A stretch of 63,141 nt of DNA, counting the filler, from Stramenopiles sp. TOSAG23-6 (Eukaryota), in assembly GCA_900128565.1 (NCBI GenBank). It is 10 parts of 10 records of this genome, joined end to end, with 100 filler letters (N's around TTAATTAATTAA, not from the genome) between each part and the next. Parts side by side here need not be neighbours in the genome. Positions count along the whole stretch, not along the records: positions 22,926 to 30,440 come from LT636555.1; positions 30,541 to 38,036 come from LT636558.1; 8 more parts are not named here. One strand, given 5' to 3'. The notes below the pieces were generated by a model. It was not told the DNA's origin. It made no database searches and saw nothing but the letters and a program-made list of their open reading frames with translations. Made by a program: the position numbers and the translations under genes. Positions 22,925 to 35,143 of the stretch are shown here, in pieces. How positions within the stretch are numbered: position 1 is the first letter of the stretch; each line of letters opens with the position of its first letter.

Positions 22925-25900
22925 NCGGGTAAAACTGGCGAATATTATCTTCAGCACAGTTGGGGTCTTTATGCTGGTGTTGCTCCTCAAGCGGATTGCT
23001 TTACTATTAAATCGAAAACACATGGCCTTTGGTGGCCTGCAATTTCTACATCAAATTTTTCAAGTGAAGTATTCATCCGTTTTGGAATTAAAGGCAGTCG
23101 TGTTTCAATAGCATTAGCACCAGACGAAACAATAGAAAACGGAGGATACACAACATCACATTGCCCCAGGGGTTATCAGGTACACCAAACAATGCCTTTA
23201 TGTTGCCAAGGAAATTGTATCACAAAATGTGATCAGAATAATATCAAGTGTGCAAAGGAGGTATGCGCCTTAGATGTATTGTATGTGTGGGATAATCCTG
23301 TAAAAGAATGCGATACACTCGAAATAGTGAAACAAACTGAAAGGATTCAACTAAGTGATGGTCCATGGTCCAACGAAGGGCTTCTATCAGCACTACTTGT
23401 AACAGAAAATAATAGTAGTAATGCTCCCAAATGGTACCCGGTATGTTATAACGTTAGTGAAATAGTAGTAAAAAATACGGCAACTGTTGCTTGTCGCAAC
23501 CTTGGTTTTGATGGGCTGCAAGAGTATATAATGAAAAATAAAAATGAAGAGAAAAATAATGGAAAACTTATAAATATTAATTGCCAAGGAAATGAAAACA
23601 GTCTTCAAGAATGTACCATACATGGAAAAAGTGAATGTCAAACAAACCGACAGTTATGGATTAAGTGTCAATCGCTATATAGAAACACACTTGACGAAAT
23701 GTATAAATTCTCTATTGATTCACACACTTACAAAATGTCGAAATATAATAAAGGTATGGTGCAATTGTTAGATGAAAAAGTAAATGCATCAGAAACATTG
23801 GTTAATTCGAGCATCTTCTCGTGGTTTTGGATCTCTTTGAAAAAGAAAGAAAACCAGTTAAATATAAATTTTGGAAAAGGTTTAGACAAAGGGGAAAATG
23901 TACTATTGAAACACGAAGAAAATTTAACTCAATCAATAGACTTCAGTCGCATTCTTGTGCAAGCTTCAGATGCATCTCAAGCAAACTTTATAATTTGTAA
24001 AGAACCATTACTTTGTGATAAAACTCCAAAAGTTGGCTCGACTCACCCGGAAAATGCAGTATCAATCAATTCAACTGAAATAGCACATGGAAGCAAGGAA
24101 CAGATCTCAATAATTAACGAGTCAATTTGTAATATTTATGGCTCTTGTTATAATCCATGGTATGGGGGTCCTAAATGCTTTAAACCGTCAAAGAAACCAG
24201 AGGTCGATGATCATGGAGAATTTCGTTTTAAATCACCAATTGTAGAAAGTATATTATCTCCAAAACCAGTCGAACAAACAAATGTCACAATGAAATTAAT
24301 ACCAACTTCAAAGGAAAGCGAATATACTTGGACTTTGCAATATGTAGGTAGAGCGTTGACATTTCCCCCCAAAGAAAACTGGTCGCCTACTTTAGACCAA
24401 ATTATGAGTGATGTTGCAAAAGCATCACCTAAGGATAAAGAATATTTTCTTGCTGGACAAGCGAAACTTTATGAATATTCATCATTCCTCCGTAACGTAA
24501 CAACTCTAGAAAAAGATTATGAAAAACTTAGAGACGAAGCGCAGAATGCAACTCGAATATTCGATGGATTATTGTCAAACTCAACATTGGCACATTCAAA
24601 ACCATTGACTTCGGAAGCTGGTGTATCACGATTAAAACAAACTGATGCCAACGATTTATGTGCTACTGGAGCAATAGATTATACTTCATATGGTCCTAAA
24701 TGTGTGAAAGCGTTCATCAATGGAAAGTCATGTATTTCTTTGTCTATAATTAATAGTAATCTTTTATCATGTATAGTTCCAGCTGGAACGGGTAAAGATA
24801 TGAAAGTCAGCGTTTCATCAGATAATCAAAGCAATACGAATGCAAACGTAACACTTGCATATGACAGACCTAAAATAGATTCTATATATCCATCGAATTC
24901 GCCCGTCTTGGGAGGAACAACTTTACATGTATCTGGATCTAATTTTGGAGATCCATCGACCAATATCACTCTGAATTTATACATTAGAGGTAAGCCATGC
25001 ATTTCAACGATCCATATTTCGGATACAGTAGCAAAATGTATTGTACCACCCAATATTGGAAAAGGGGCAATCGTTACTGCTACAGTGAATAAACAAACGT
25101 CAGAAAGCAAGGTCTATCTTACATATAATAATCCAAGAATTGATTCTGTAGAACCACCAATTATGTCTACAAAAGGTGGCGAACTTTTAATTACAGGAAT
25201 AAATTTTGGATTTATGAATCATACAAAATCCAAAAACAATAATTCTCTTGTAGTGGAATTTGTCAGTGACGGAGATAGTTCATTTCGTGGATCTTGTTCG
25301 AACATAAAATGGAAAACGGATGGGGCAATTACATGCACAGCCCCGCCAATACAGTCTTTAAAACGTATTGATGGAAATCTTTCAATAGTTGTCAAGGTGT
25401 GTTACCCGAATAATTCAGACAAATCAAATTGTTTGGGCTCATTGAGATATAAGATTGAATATCAGGGTCCAACAGTCAAAAGTGTTAGCCCTAGTGTTAT
25501 GGATACAATAGGCGGTAAGCCCTTGGAAATACATGGGGAAAATTTTAGTGAAAATTTGGATGCTTTATTTATTGGTACTAACAGATGCTTAAAAAACAAT
25601 ATAGTATATATAAACCCCCAATTAGTGCGATGCACAAAAGTACCACCCGGGGTAGGATCTGATTTAAATGTTCAAGTTCTTATTCGTGGTAGAGCATCAG
25701 TCCAAAATAATTTTTTTAGTTATGCCTCTCCAACTGTAACAAAGGTTATCGTCGACAATAATTCTATTTGGGGNCCTCCNCCCGCCGGTGCATTTTATCG
25801 AGATCATATAGATATCGGAATAAAATATCATATTAAAGTTTACGGTAAAAACTTTGGACACAGTAAGAATTCTCAAAATGTTTTAATAAATGGGGTACCT

Positions 25901-27081
25901 TGTACAGCGACTATCTGGTATTCAGATAACCTTCTCTGGTGTACGTTTTCACAATGAATTCATATATTTTTTGTACCAAATTTTGTCATTAACGATTTTC
26001 GATTTTTTTTTTTTTGTGCATTACATGTTTGGCGCCTCGAGCTAATGGATTTAATCTAGCCACTCAAGTTGAAGTTGGTAATCAAATTTCGCAACCACTT
26101 AAGAAAATTTGCGATGACAATACTCCTGATAAAAAGGCCAAAAATGATAAATGTCAATTTTCGGTATCATACGATCCGCCAATTATTACTCGATTGGACG
26201 CAACGGATTTAAATAGTAACGGAGGCATAATTGAAGTATATGGGTATAATTTAGATATGAACTATATAAAAATGGGATATATCGGAAAGATAAAGCTAGT
26301 AACGACTCACTGTAAAACTCAAGATAAATCCAAAACAAAAAGTTACAACAAAATGTGTTTTTCGGCACCCAAGGGTGTGGAAGTAAATGAACCAATATCA
26401 CTCCGTGTTGAATGGGTCGATGTTGTACAAAAAAAAAAGAAGTTTCGGGTATTTTCTCAAGTTCCAAAATTTTCCCCTCAGTTTATAGGCTGCTATCCAG
26501 GATGCAATACTAACTCTCAAATTCTGAAGAATATTAAAAGAACAACTGTATACAATCAGAGTCTAATAAATTGCAATAAGATTTGCAATAAACTTGAAAA
26601 TGATGGCAATGTTGTGTATCCTTTTATGAGTGTGATAAAACTAACACCTGGAGAAAGTGGAGTTGCACAAGCTACTGTTACAGAAGACGGACGTCCATTG
26701 AAAGATGCATCGAAAGGTAAGCAAAATGACAACCAAATTAAAACGGCTGATGGAGTATTTGAATGTGATTGTTTTGCTACTATCGGTGATTTTCCGATCT
26801 CATGTGGACAGGATTGTAATCAACCGCTTTATAGTAACAATGTCAGATTGTCAAACTTAAATCAACCTTTATTAATGTCTGCAGGGAATGATGTAAGTTC
26901 AAACCGCATGGGAATTAGTCTAGAAGAAGTTTGTAGAATATTAAATTCATTGAACCTCTTTACCGCAAAGCAGATAAAATTTCTTTCGACGCCAGGAAAT
27001 ATCTGCTCTAAAGATAAGACATATAAACCTCCGAGTGTGTCATCTGTGAAAGGTGCTATCAATATTTCTGTATCTAAATAG
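22925..27081 (+). CDS. Large extracellular protein with SRCR and multiple IPT/TIG domains (5' truncated); intron 25941-26026
   Basis: SRCR: W.PVC..ATVACRNLGF..INCQGNENSLQEC; repeated P.I.S..P...GG..L.I.G.NFG IPT motifs. Confidence 0.85.
25941..26026 (+). mobile_element. Family intron (GT..AT)
   Basis: TGG T|GTACGT...CATTAAC...TTACAT|GT TTG gives LLWCLAP; shifting both boundaries 2 nt upstream creates TGA. Confidence 0.75.
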
Positions 27082-27166
27082 AAAAAGAAATATGATAAAT
27101 ATATTTGGTTCCAGATATATATAATGGGAAACACTACAAAAAAATGTAAAATTTTCTTTATAAAAA

Positions 27167-29287
27167 TCATAAAACATCCACATCTTCATTTTTCTTTTTA
27201 AAATTATGTTTTAGTTTCGCGTATTTTTCCTGTAATTCTGGATCGGATAACATATTAACTGGTACCTTTTTCAGGCAATTTATTGAATTGTACGCACAGG
27301 ATGCCATTCCATCAACCTCAGTTAACAAATAGTCGATAATATGCGTATTTTCATGTTCAAATAATATGTGCAATATTGTATTTTTACGAAGGTTCTCATG
27401 AAACGGATCTGCTCCATTTTGTATTAAATTTTTAATTATATCCAAGTCACCTCTGGAAGCTGCATGGAATAAGGGTGTATTTCCATTCTTGTCTGCCTTA
27501 TTTACCAAACTTTCAACGCAGTTCTTACCTTTTTCGGACGCTTCGGTGAGATATATCTGCATTGATTCCACCGTTCCTATGGCACAGGCTTCTAGAAATG
27601 TATGTTTCTTCGCCCATGCATCCGCCTGCAATTTTGCTACCTCGTGTTTTTGTCGAAGTCTTTCATCTTCTCTTTCTTTCTGTTTATTTTCAAACGCTGT
27701 TACAGAAAAATGTGTGTGGTATATTTTGTCTAACTTAAAATCTAAACTTTTAGATGCCACAAAGGCCGCAGACTCTGGTGATTTGGGTATTTCGTCTTCT
27801 GCAGTTACTTTTTCTTTTAGAGCAGCTTGTCGATCCCTCTCAGCCTTCCCAGGATCCTCACAATGATGTATAATCAACTTCCTATATAAAGACTGAGAAC
27901 CACCAGGATTCCCAATTACTTGCATCATTTTACTACACCGAGCTAATTTTTGACCTTTTTGTAACTTAAATTTTTCTTCAAAAGTGAACTTTCGAATTCG
28001 GAATAATTCTTCTTTTTTATTTTTAGGTGGAGCTGTTACATTCGTATTACTCCTTTGAAGAAGTCCTTGTATTCCCGTCATGTTTCGTTCTTCCTTCAAT
28101 CTACCTATCAAATCCGTTCGAATCTTACTTTTTATTTGTTTTTTTCTTTCACCAATGTACAAACTACGCATCCCTAAATCGCTTAAGTTTTGGACATCAG
28201 ATTTAGAGAGTTCTTGTCCAGCTGCTTTCAAAAGCTCACCCTGTGCAAACTTTTTATTTTTATCATTTTTAGCAATTTTAATAGTCTTGTTTGAATTGCC
28301 ACCATCCACCAAAAGGTTTTGGTTTCTTTGCTTGTCAAATTCTTCATTTTGGCTACATTTTACTATACTTTGTGATTTTTTAGTAAATTGTTTCTTTCGT
28401 GTTTTCTTTGTAGTTTTAGTTTTTGTAGGATTTACGAGTAAATTTTCATCATCCAACGCATCAGGATTAAGCCCCATTTGAATCATTTTTTGCTTTAGAT
28501 GTGACTTGGGTAGATCACATCGCCGCAATTTAAAAAAATGTTTATAACTAGAATCAGTGCGGGCGGGAACAAGTTTATTTTTTTCCGGGGAAAAATCATT
28601 TTCTGGGGGAAAATCATTTTTCGGCTTATCGGCTTTTATCTTGGATTTTATTTTAGAGTTCTTTTTGGAAATATTTGACTTTTCAGTCGTTAATTCAGGG
28701 ATACCGCTATCACTATATAGTGCTATGGAAATATCCTCAGGATGAAATAAAACAAATTGTAAAGCTTGTTCTGCTNNNNGTATAGTAGCAGACGCATTGA
28801 AGGGTTTCTTCTTCATCGTTGTCACGTTAGCGGACTGACGAGCCAACTTTGCTAAACGGGACTGATGTGCTCGAATAAGACTACTACGCTCTTTCATTTG
28901 TGATGTAACCCATTCAGAAAGTGCTTTATTGTAAGACGCCACTGATGCAACACATAAATATGCAGTGGCGTAGTCTTCTTTAGAATTACAAAACACACCC
29001 ACTGCGTTGAGTCCCCTTTGAAACCAACTATTTGTTATTCGTGGTGAATATGGCGTTTCATTGGTTTCATCGACTACTTTATTATCAGTTTTATTCTTGG
29101 CATCTTCTAAAGGTGGACAAAGACCTAATGCGACAGGGTCAAAAACGCTTTCTGCGAGAGGTTTCGGTGGAGTACAAGCTTGAAGAAGTTGGCGTTCAGT
29201 CACTTTTCGTTTCCGTAAAGATGCTCTAATCCAAAGTAAAATCTCGAGCAAGTCACCTTGGGATGGAAATGCTAATGTTACAGGCAT
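27167..29287 (-). CDS. Protein with a YxxFFK..P...KM..G motif and C-terminal ankyrin repeats (5' end uncertain because of Ns)
   Basis: 706-aa ORF; GNTPLFHAASRG ankyrin; YKHFFKLRRCDLPKSHLKQKM. Confidence 0.7.
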   Translation of the reverse strand: MPVTLAFPSQGDLLEILLWIRASLRKRKVTERQLLQACTPPKPLAESVFDPVALGLCPPLEDAKNKTDNKVVDETNETPYSPRITNSWFQRGLNAVGVFCNSKEDYATAYLCVASVASYNKALSEWVTSQMKERSSLIRAHQSRLAKLARQSANVTTMKKKPFNASATIXXAEQALQFVLFHPEDISIALYSDSGIPELTTEKSNISKKNSKIKSKIKADKPKNDFPPENDFSPEKNKLVPARTDSSYKHFFKLRRCDLPKSHLKQKMIQMGLNPDALDDENLLVNPTKTKTTKKTRKKQFTKKSQSIVKCSQNEEFDKQRNQNLLVDGGNSNKTIKIAKNDKNKKFAQGELLKAAGQELSKSDVQNLSDLGMRSLYIGERKKQIKSKIRTDLIGRLKEERNMTGIQGLLQRSNTNVTAPPKNKKEELFRIRKFTFEEKFKLQKGQKLARCSKMMQVIGNPGGSQSLYRKLIIHHCEDPGKAERDRQAALKEKVTAEDEIPKSPESAAFVASKSLDFKLDKIYHTHFSVTAFENKQKEREDERLRQKHEVAKLQADAWAKKHTFLEACAIGTVESMQIYLTEASEKGKNCVESLVNKADKNGNTPLFHAASRGDLDIIKNLIQNGADPFHENLRKNTILHILFEHENTHIIDYLLTEVDGMASCAYNSINCLKKVPVNMLSDPELQEKYAKLKHNFKKKNEDVDVL

Positions 29288-29649
29288 GTGGACACTATAT
29301 CATGNNNNNNNNNNNNNNNNNNNNNACCAGACAAGCGCATAGAATACTAACAATAAAGAGCTGATCAGGTGACACAGAAACCTACAGTAAGTAAAGAACT
29401 TCTCAAAGGTAGTATTAGTACCATACAAATGAAGTGTAACTGTAATCTGATTTCTTCCTTCTTCTTTCCCATCGACAGCAGGTTTGTACTTTTTTTTTGC
29501 TTTTTTTTCTAATTTTCCCCCGACGGCGCGTCGACAATCCATTCAGTTTAAACTTTAAAAATTGTACCTGCCGTCTACCTGACCTGAAGTGAAGATTGTA
29601 CGAGCAAAGCAAGTAAAAACTCATCCTCAATTACGCATTATTGATTACA

Positions 29650-29801
29650 ATGAACAAATTTGTTATATTTACATTCTATTTACTCTTATCTTTGTTCAAC
29701 TTAACTATACTTGTGGAAGCAGCAACAAAACGATCTGCTGAAGGCCTAACTGGCGACGAGACTGCCCGACAACGACAACGACGGCAGCAACCGCAACAAC
29801 G

Positions 29802-29835
<34 letters not shown>

Positions 29836-30440
29836 CGACAACGTTTAATAACTGATGAGGAGGTAAAGATATACATCCAACAATTGAATAGTGTGAACTC
29901 TTATCAGTGTATGCCAAAATTTGTCCCTTTATTCTCAAACCGATTACGCCAAGGAGTATTTAACATGGCCCGCGCCACTCTCGAGGAGGTGGAGAGGGCA
30001 CTCATGATGGTCCCTTCAAATAGGGATGTATTCAGTAGAAATGAACAAATATTTGTGGAATTACAAGGTCTTTTGAAATGTCAACCAATTATGCGCCATC
30101 GTTCGTTAAATGCCCTTTATTTTTTAACAAAAGATCAAGCAAATGTTGTTCATATTATCCCAGAAAAAATATTTCAAGTTCTTTTTGAAGCTGTTGATGT
30201 TAATACCATAGCATCGGCACTTGGTTTACTTGCCAATGTTGCCACTCCTGGAAATGCCACTAAACTCGGTGACGCGGGTATTATTTCCACTATTGTAACA
30301 TTATTAAAGACACATCCACAATCTACTCTAATTGTACAAAATGCACTCAGTGTACTGAGCAAAATTGCCCACGAAAATCCCACAAACAAAATCAGGGTTG
30401 GTGAGGCAGACGATGCGATTTCCACTATTGTAACATCATT
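29650..30440 (+). CDS. Signal-peptide, polyQ, ARM-repeat protein (3' truncated)
   Basis: Hydrophobic N-terminus, (CAA)n tract, ARM-like AGIISTIV repeats. Confidence 0.7.
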
Positions 30441-30540
30441 NNNNNNNNNNNNNNNNNNNNNNNNNNNNNNNNNNNNNNNNNNNNTTAATTAATTAANNNN
30501 NNNNNNNNNNNNNNNNNNNNNNNNNNNNNNNNNNNNNNNN

Positions 30541-32467
30541 TTCATCAAGCATTTCTGTTTCATTGGGAGCAACTTGGGACACAGAAGCAGGTGTTCGTGG
30601 TAAAGTGGAAGGAATCAGAGATACTGAATTTCGTGTTTTGTGGGAAGATGGCAAAGATGAGTGGTACGATAGAAATGGTATTGCTACAAGTGCTGCTGAA
30701 GGAGAAAGACGTACACTTATATATGCGCTTCCTGCAATAGTTGCAACTATACCTAGAGATGAAGAAGATAAAATTATAGAAATGACACAAAAAGAAGCAG
30801 ATGCTATTCTTACGGGTACAGAAGCGAAGACTTCAAAAAAAGAGAAAAAATTCCGTGTTCCTAGTCTTTTCGTGTTTCGTCAATCTGCTGCTGGAGGTCG
30901 TGTTCTTCTACTGGAAGCAGTCAAACAGGAAGAAGTGTACTTGGAACATAGTCGCTCCCCATGGGCGGCGCAGGCATTAGAAGAACATCTTGGTTTATTT
31001 GATTTTAAAACTTCGTGGTCCAAAGCGCATTTTACAATTACTACGAGTAATGATCCTTCAAAGTGGTTATTTGGTCAGCGTCGTGATCGTAATCCCTTGT
31101 GTGAGGCTCTAGTATACAAAGATTACGTAGCGAACTTCTTAGGAGCTTTCCTATCAGAAAAAGTATTTCGTTGGGTAGTTAACCTTGGTGGTCTCTGCGA
31201 AGATTGTCGCACAAATCCACATTCCATTTGGTGTCGTGCAAAACATACTTGCAACAAAAAAACTGATGGTTTCAACGAATGCACCCTCTCTATCTCCCCA
31301 TTTGGTAATCCTTGTGTTGTCATCATTGAGAGTGGTACATCTCAAAAACGACCCAAAGAAGAAACAGAAGTAGCAGTGGAATATCACTTGACGCAAAATA
31401 TCAATCCAATGATGCTCTTCTCTATTGGTATTTTGGTAACTTCATTAGATTTTGAACTTGCTCGAAGTGAAGTTGTGCAGAGCATGTATCTTTTCAAAGT
31501 TAAATTTAAATTTTTTTTGTATGAAAAATTTGTAGCTAACAAAATATTTTTACTAAAACAAATATTTTTTCACAAAACATCGGATGTCTCTTTATTGGTG
31601 CTCTATATGTACCAATTTTTACTTTATATTATTCTTTGCGCTTAATCCTTGGTAGTTATGCACATACGGCAATATTATCCATGTTAATTACTGCCCTAGC
31701 CATGTGTTTTTTACACAATGAAATTTTATATGAAGCTCAAGAAATTTTTTTCCGATTTTGGAATTTTGTCCATATCATTGAAGATAGTTTAGTAGAAGGC
31801 CCGATGAAAAGTGTTCATGAAGGTATACATGGTATATTAGATATGTTTCATTTTGATTATCGAATGCCTCCTGGAATTCTTCTTGGACAGATGTATTTTT
31901 GGTTATCAGGGTTACTTTTACTGTTTTGCAGTCGATATGTTTGTTATCATTCTTTTTTTTTTTAGGATTTTTCTTTTTTCGTTAAAAAAAAAAATTGTAC
32001 CTAATGATTTTTTTACATCAAAAAAATATATATTCACAATACATGGACATGTTCCACATGAAATTTCATATTTAGGATTGTATTCTCTTGAACTAACAAT
32101 TAGTGTAGTTGGATTGTTTTTCCTTATTGATAGTATTTCTCATCCTCTGCTAGGTATCGTCGTATATTTAACTTTGAAGACCTGGCAAAGAACAGTTGAT
32201 CTCCATTATCAATTTCTTCTGTGGTGGCACTCAACACATCCATCTAAATATCGTCGATTGATCTCAGAAAAAGAGTTTGAAACACAAACGCAAAATAATA
32301 CTTATAAGGAGATGAATCGTCTTCGGAAGATGGTCTTGAAAAAACCTAGTCTTTTGCGGAAGCTCCCAATAGAACGCCGAAATGCGATGCTTTCTTTTAT
32401 TAATGGAAATAATTTTCACTATAAGACTGACGAACCAGAATCTGGAGGAAATTGTTTAATCAGTTAA
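30541..32467 (+). CDS. NEMP/TMEM194-like multi-pass membrane protein (5' truncated); introns 31486-31580 and 31939-32044
   Basis: RRLISEKEFETQTQNNTYKEMNRLRK is NEMP-like; TM helices join via two GT..AT introns. Confidence 0.65.
31486..31580 (+). mobile_element. Family intron (GT..AT)
   Basis: AGC AT|GTATCT...AGCTAAC...CACAAAACAT|C GGA joins the frame of ORF 31636. Confidence 0.7.
31939..32044 (+). mobile_element. Family intron (GT..AT)
   Basis: CGA TAT|GTTTGT...TACCTAAT...CACAATACAT|GGA CAT. Confidence 0.65.
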
Positions 32468-32718
32468 TGGACTGACATAAAAGCTATTGTTTTGATAAAT
32501 TTATTTGCAATTTATTTGTTTAAAAAAAATAAAAAAAAACTCACAAATTTGAAAACACGAAATATCCCAAATCGAAAATCGTGTATATTTTTTGAGATTC
32601 AGTGAGAAGTCAGACATCACAACAACTACAGTTAGGAGGAAGCACAATCAACCTACTGCTAGCTATACGTAGTCTACAGGTAGTAGTAGCCTTCTAATAA
32701 AATAGAGGCAACTGAATA

Positions 32719-33873
32719 ATGGGTAAAAAGGCAAAGGAAGCTCGTAAACGACGACGAGCCGCAGCGCGGGCAGGTATAATAGAAAGTCCCGCAAAGAAGC
32801 AATGCACTGCTAGAGCTTCAGACACGTTGGTGCGTCATCAGAGTTTACAAGTGTTCCCAGAGCGACGTGGTCGTCGTAGAAAGAAACGTGGTCGAAAAGC
32901 TGGACAAACACAGCTCATATCTAAATTTCATACAATTCAAAAAATAATGGCTCAACTACCGACTATGAAAGAATATAAAAATGACCCTGTAGCTCTAATG
33001 GAAAAGAAAAAGAGTCTGAATCTTGAGTTGGAAAAGCTTGGTGGTATTGAAGCATACCAGAGGGCAAGCATCCTGGGGGAGTCTAGTCAGTCGGAGTTTG
33101 AGTCATCTAGTTGGGTTCTTTCTGAGATAAGTAATAGATACTCCAATTTAGTAGATGATACAAAATTATCCGCTAATGAAAAAATATCTCTTCTTGATGT
33201 CGGTGCAATTGTAAATCATTATCCAGAAACGTTCTCAAAGTGGTCAAAGAAACAAACAGAAATACGAAATAAACTTGTTGTGACATCTATTGACTTGAAC
33301 GCCCAAGACGACGTAGTTATTCAAACAGATTTTTTTGATTTTGCGCAAAAATGTCTTGCAAATAGTCCACCGCGTCGATTTCATTGTATCGTGTTGTCAT
33401 TAGTTGTGAATTTTGTTGGTTCAGCAGCCAAAAGAGGCGAAATGTTAAGGTTAGCTTCATCATTATTGCGACCTTATGGATTGTTGTTTTTAGTTTTACC
33501 TAGCGCATGTATACAAAATAGTCGTTATATGAAGTATTCTAAAATAGTTAAAATATTGCGATCTATTGGTCTTCCACCTGCTGAAATGAGGGCAAACCCT
33601 AACCCTAGTGGTATCAGAAAAGAAGAAACTGATTTTGTCGATGTACTAGAGAAAAGTGCTATGAAAGGCGATGAAACTGAATCTACTAATAATTCTACTA
33701 ATTTCTCCAGTGAAACAAAATTCCAACATTGCGTCCAACTTGCTAAAAAATTATTCTTTGTAGTATGTCGCCGTAGTGACCTTCCTGAAGATGGTTATAT
33801 GACTTATCGGCCGTTTAAGCGTAAGTTGTGCCGTGGTGGAATTCATCGGAATAATTTTTCCATCACTTTATAA
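32719..33873 (+). CDS. BMT2: 25S rRNA adenine-N1 methyltransferase Bmt2-like
   Basis: LGGIEAYQRAS, LLDVGA, SIDLN, IVLSLVVNFV..RGEML, C..NSRY. Confidence 0.85.
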   Translation: MGKKAKEARKRRRAAARAGIIESPAKKQCTARASDTLVRHQSLQVFPERRGRRRKKRGRKAGQTQLISKFHTIQKIMAQLPTMKEYKNDPVALMEKKKSLNLELEKLGGIEAYQRASILGESSQSEFESSSWVLSEISNRYSNLVDDTKLSANEKISLLDVGAIVNHYPETFSKWSKKQTEIRNKLVVTSIDLNAQDDVVIQTDFFDFAQKCLANSPPRRFHCIVLSLVVNFVGSAAKRGEMLRLASSLLRPYGLLFLVLPSACIQNSRYMKYSKIVKILRSIGLPPAEMRANPNPSGIRKEETDFVDVLEKSAMKGDETESTNNSTNFSSETKFQHCVQLAKKLFFVVCRRSDLPEDGYMTYRPFKRKLCRGGIHRNNFSITL

Positions 33874-34034
33874 AGATTCATTCATTTCAAATTTATCTAT
33901 TTTTCATACGAAATTCTGTACCTAACGAATTTAAATCAAAATCGGAAAGCCGGATAATATTAACATTTTGGTAGTCATTTCTTGAGTTTTTTCTTTATAC
34001 CTACTAAAAGTGATTTTATTGATACGACAAGAAG

Positions 34035-35003
34035 ATGCCAAAGCGGCACTATGTCGCAAATTTCTTAACAAAGAAGCGCTCACGAATTATCAAAAGTAGT
34101 GTTCCCCCAACGTGTAGTCTAGAGCCAATTATATCCAACATGAAAGAGACTGTTAAAGTGCTGATATTAGGGACTCATCCTAGTCGCCAATCTCTTGCAG
34201 AAAAAAAATTTAGGGACGTTGACATAATAAGGCGTGGAGGAAGTGGTCCACAAAATTATGGCCACCCTCGCAACTCTTTTTGGATGATTGCTGGTTCAGC
34301 TTTAGGATTTTACAGACATCAGATACCATATGATAAACAATGTGATATATTCACTAGTAATGGGTATGCTCTCTGGGATGTTATACATAAATGCTCAGGT
34401 CCAGGATCGTTGGATTCAGATATTGATAGGAAAACAATGGTAGCCAATAAAATTCCAGAATTAGTAGTGAATTGTCCAAATTTGAATCGTATATGCTTAG
34501 CAAAGTCGTCCGCGGAACTTTTTAAACATAAAAATGGGCATAAAGACTGGCTCACCACTGGGAAGTTCGCAGGAACTCATTTTTCCTTTGTTATACGGAA
34601 AAAATCCCCGTCTGGTAATGCCACTTTAAAATCTTTCAAATCCTTCACCAAAAACAAAAATTCCGCAGTGACAGTCTCTCTGACAGAACTAGATTTTATG
34701 AATAAATTGTCATCAAGTACACCAGGAAATAGAGTAATTGAACTAGTTGTTGTACCGAGTACATCACCCGCTAATGCTATTCAAAGTCCTGCGGAAAAAG
34801 AAGTTGAATGGCATAAATCATGCTATAACCTAAAAGAACCTCCAATAACATACAAATGTGTTGCTTGTTGTAAAAATCACTGGTTTCAAGATTGCCAAAA
34901 TAAATATTTTTGGATGAAGAAACAAGAATCTAAAAGTAAATGTGATTTAAAAGATGAGGTGAATGGTGATCGTTGGTACTTTCGTAAACTATCTAAAAAA
35001 TAA
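34035..35003 (+). CDS. Uracil-DNA glycosylase superfamily protein (hypoxanthine/Mug-like) with a C-terminal zinc knuckle
   Basis: VLILGTHPS..SL, YGHPRNSFW, ALWDV..C..GSLDSDI, PSTSPAN; CVAC..HW..DC. Confidence 0.8.
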   Translation: MPKRHYVANFLTKKRSRIIKSSVPPTCSLEPIISNMKETVKVLILGTHPSRQSLAEKKFRDVDIIRRGGSGPQNYGHPRNSFWMIAGSALGFYRHQIPYDKQCDIFTSNGYALWDVIHKCSGPGSLDSDIDRKTMVANKIPELVVNCPNLNRICLAKSSAELFKHKNGHKDWLTTGKFAGTHFSFVIRKKSPSGNATLKSFKSFTKNKNSAVTVSLTELDFMNKLSSSTPGNRVIELVVVPSTSPANAIQSPAEKEVEWHKSCYNLKEPPITYKCVACCKNHWFQDCQNKYFWMKKQESKSKCDLKDEVNGDRWYFRKLSKK

Positions 35004-35034
35004 AAAAATAATAATATGAAAAATGAACAAGCTG

Positions 35035-35092
35035 AATACAATACAATACAATACAATACAATACAATACAATACAATACAATACAATACAAT
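35035..35092 (+). repeat. (AATAC)n microsatellite
   Basis: About 11 tandem copies. Confidence 0.95.
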
Positions 35093-35143
35093 ATATATAA
35101 AAATAAAGAAAAATTTTAAAATTTTAAATCATACATATACCTT

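Noticed and set aside
25939-26024. Reading the family as AT-AC/NT-AC (U12-type) introns shifted 2 nt upstream
   Set aside because: Creates TGA here, damages conserved PfkB residues elsewhere, and U12 donor and branch consensus sequences are absent
29676-29938. Poly-Cys and poly-Val ORFs
   Set aside because: Antisense of the (CAA)n polyQ tract
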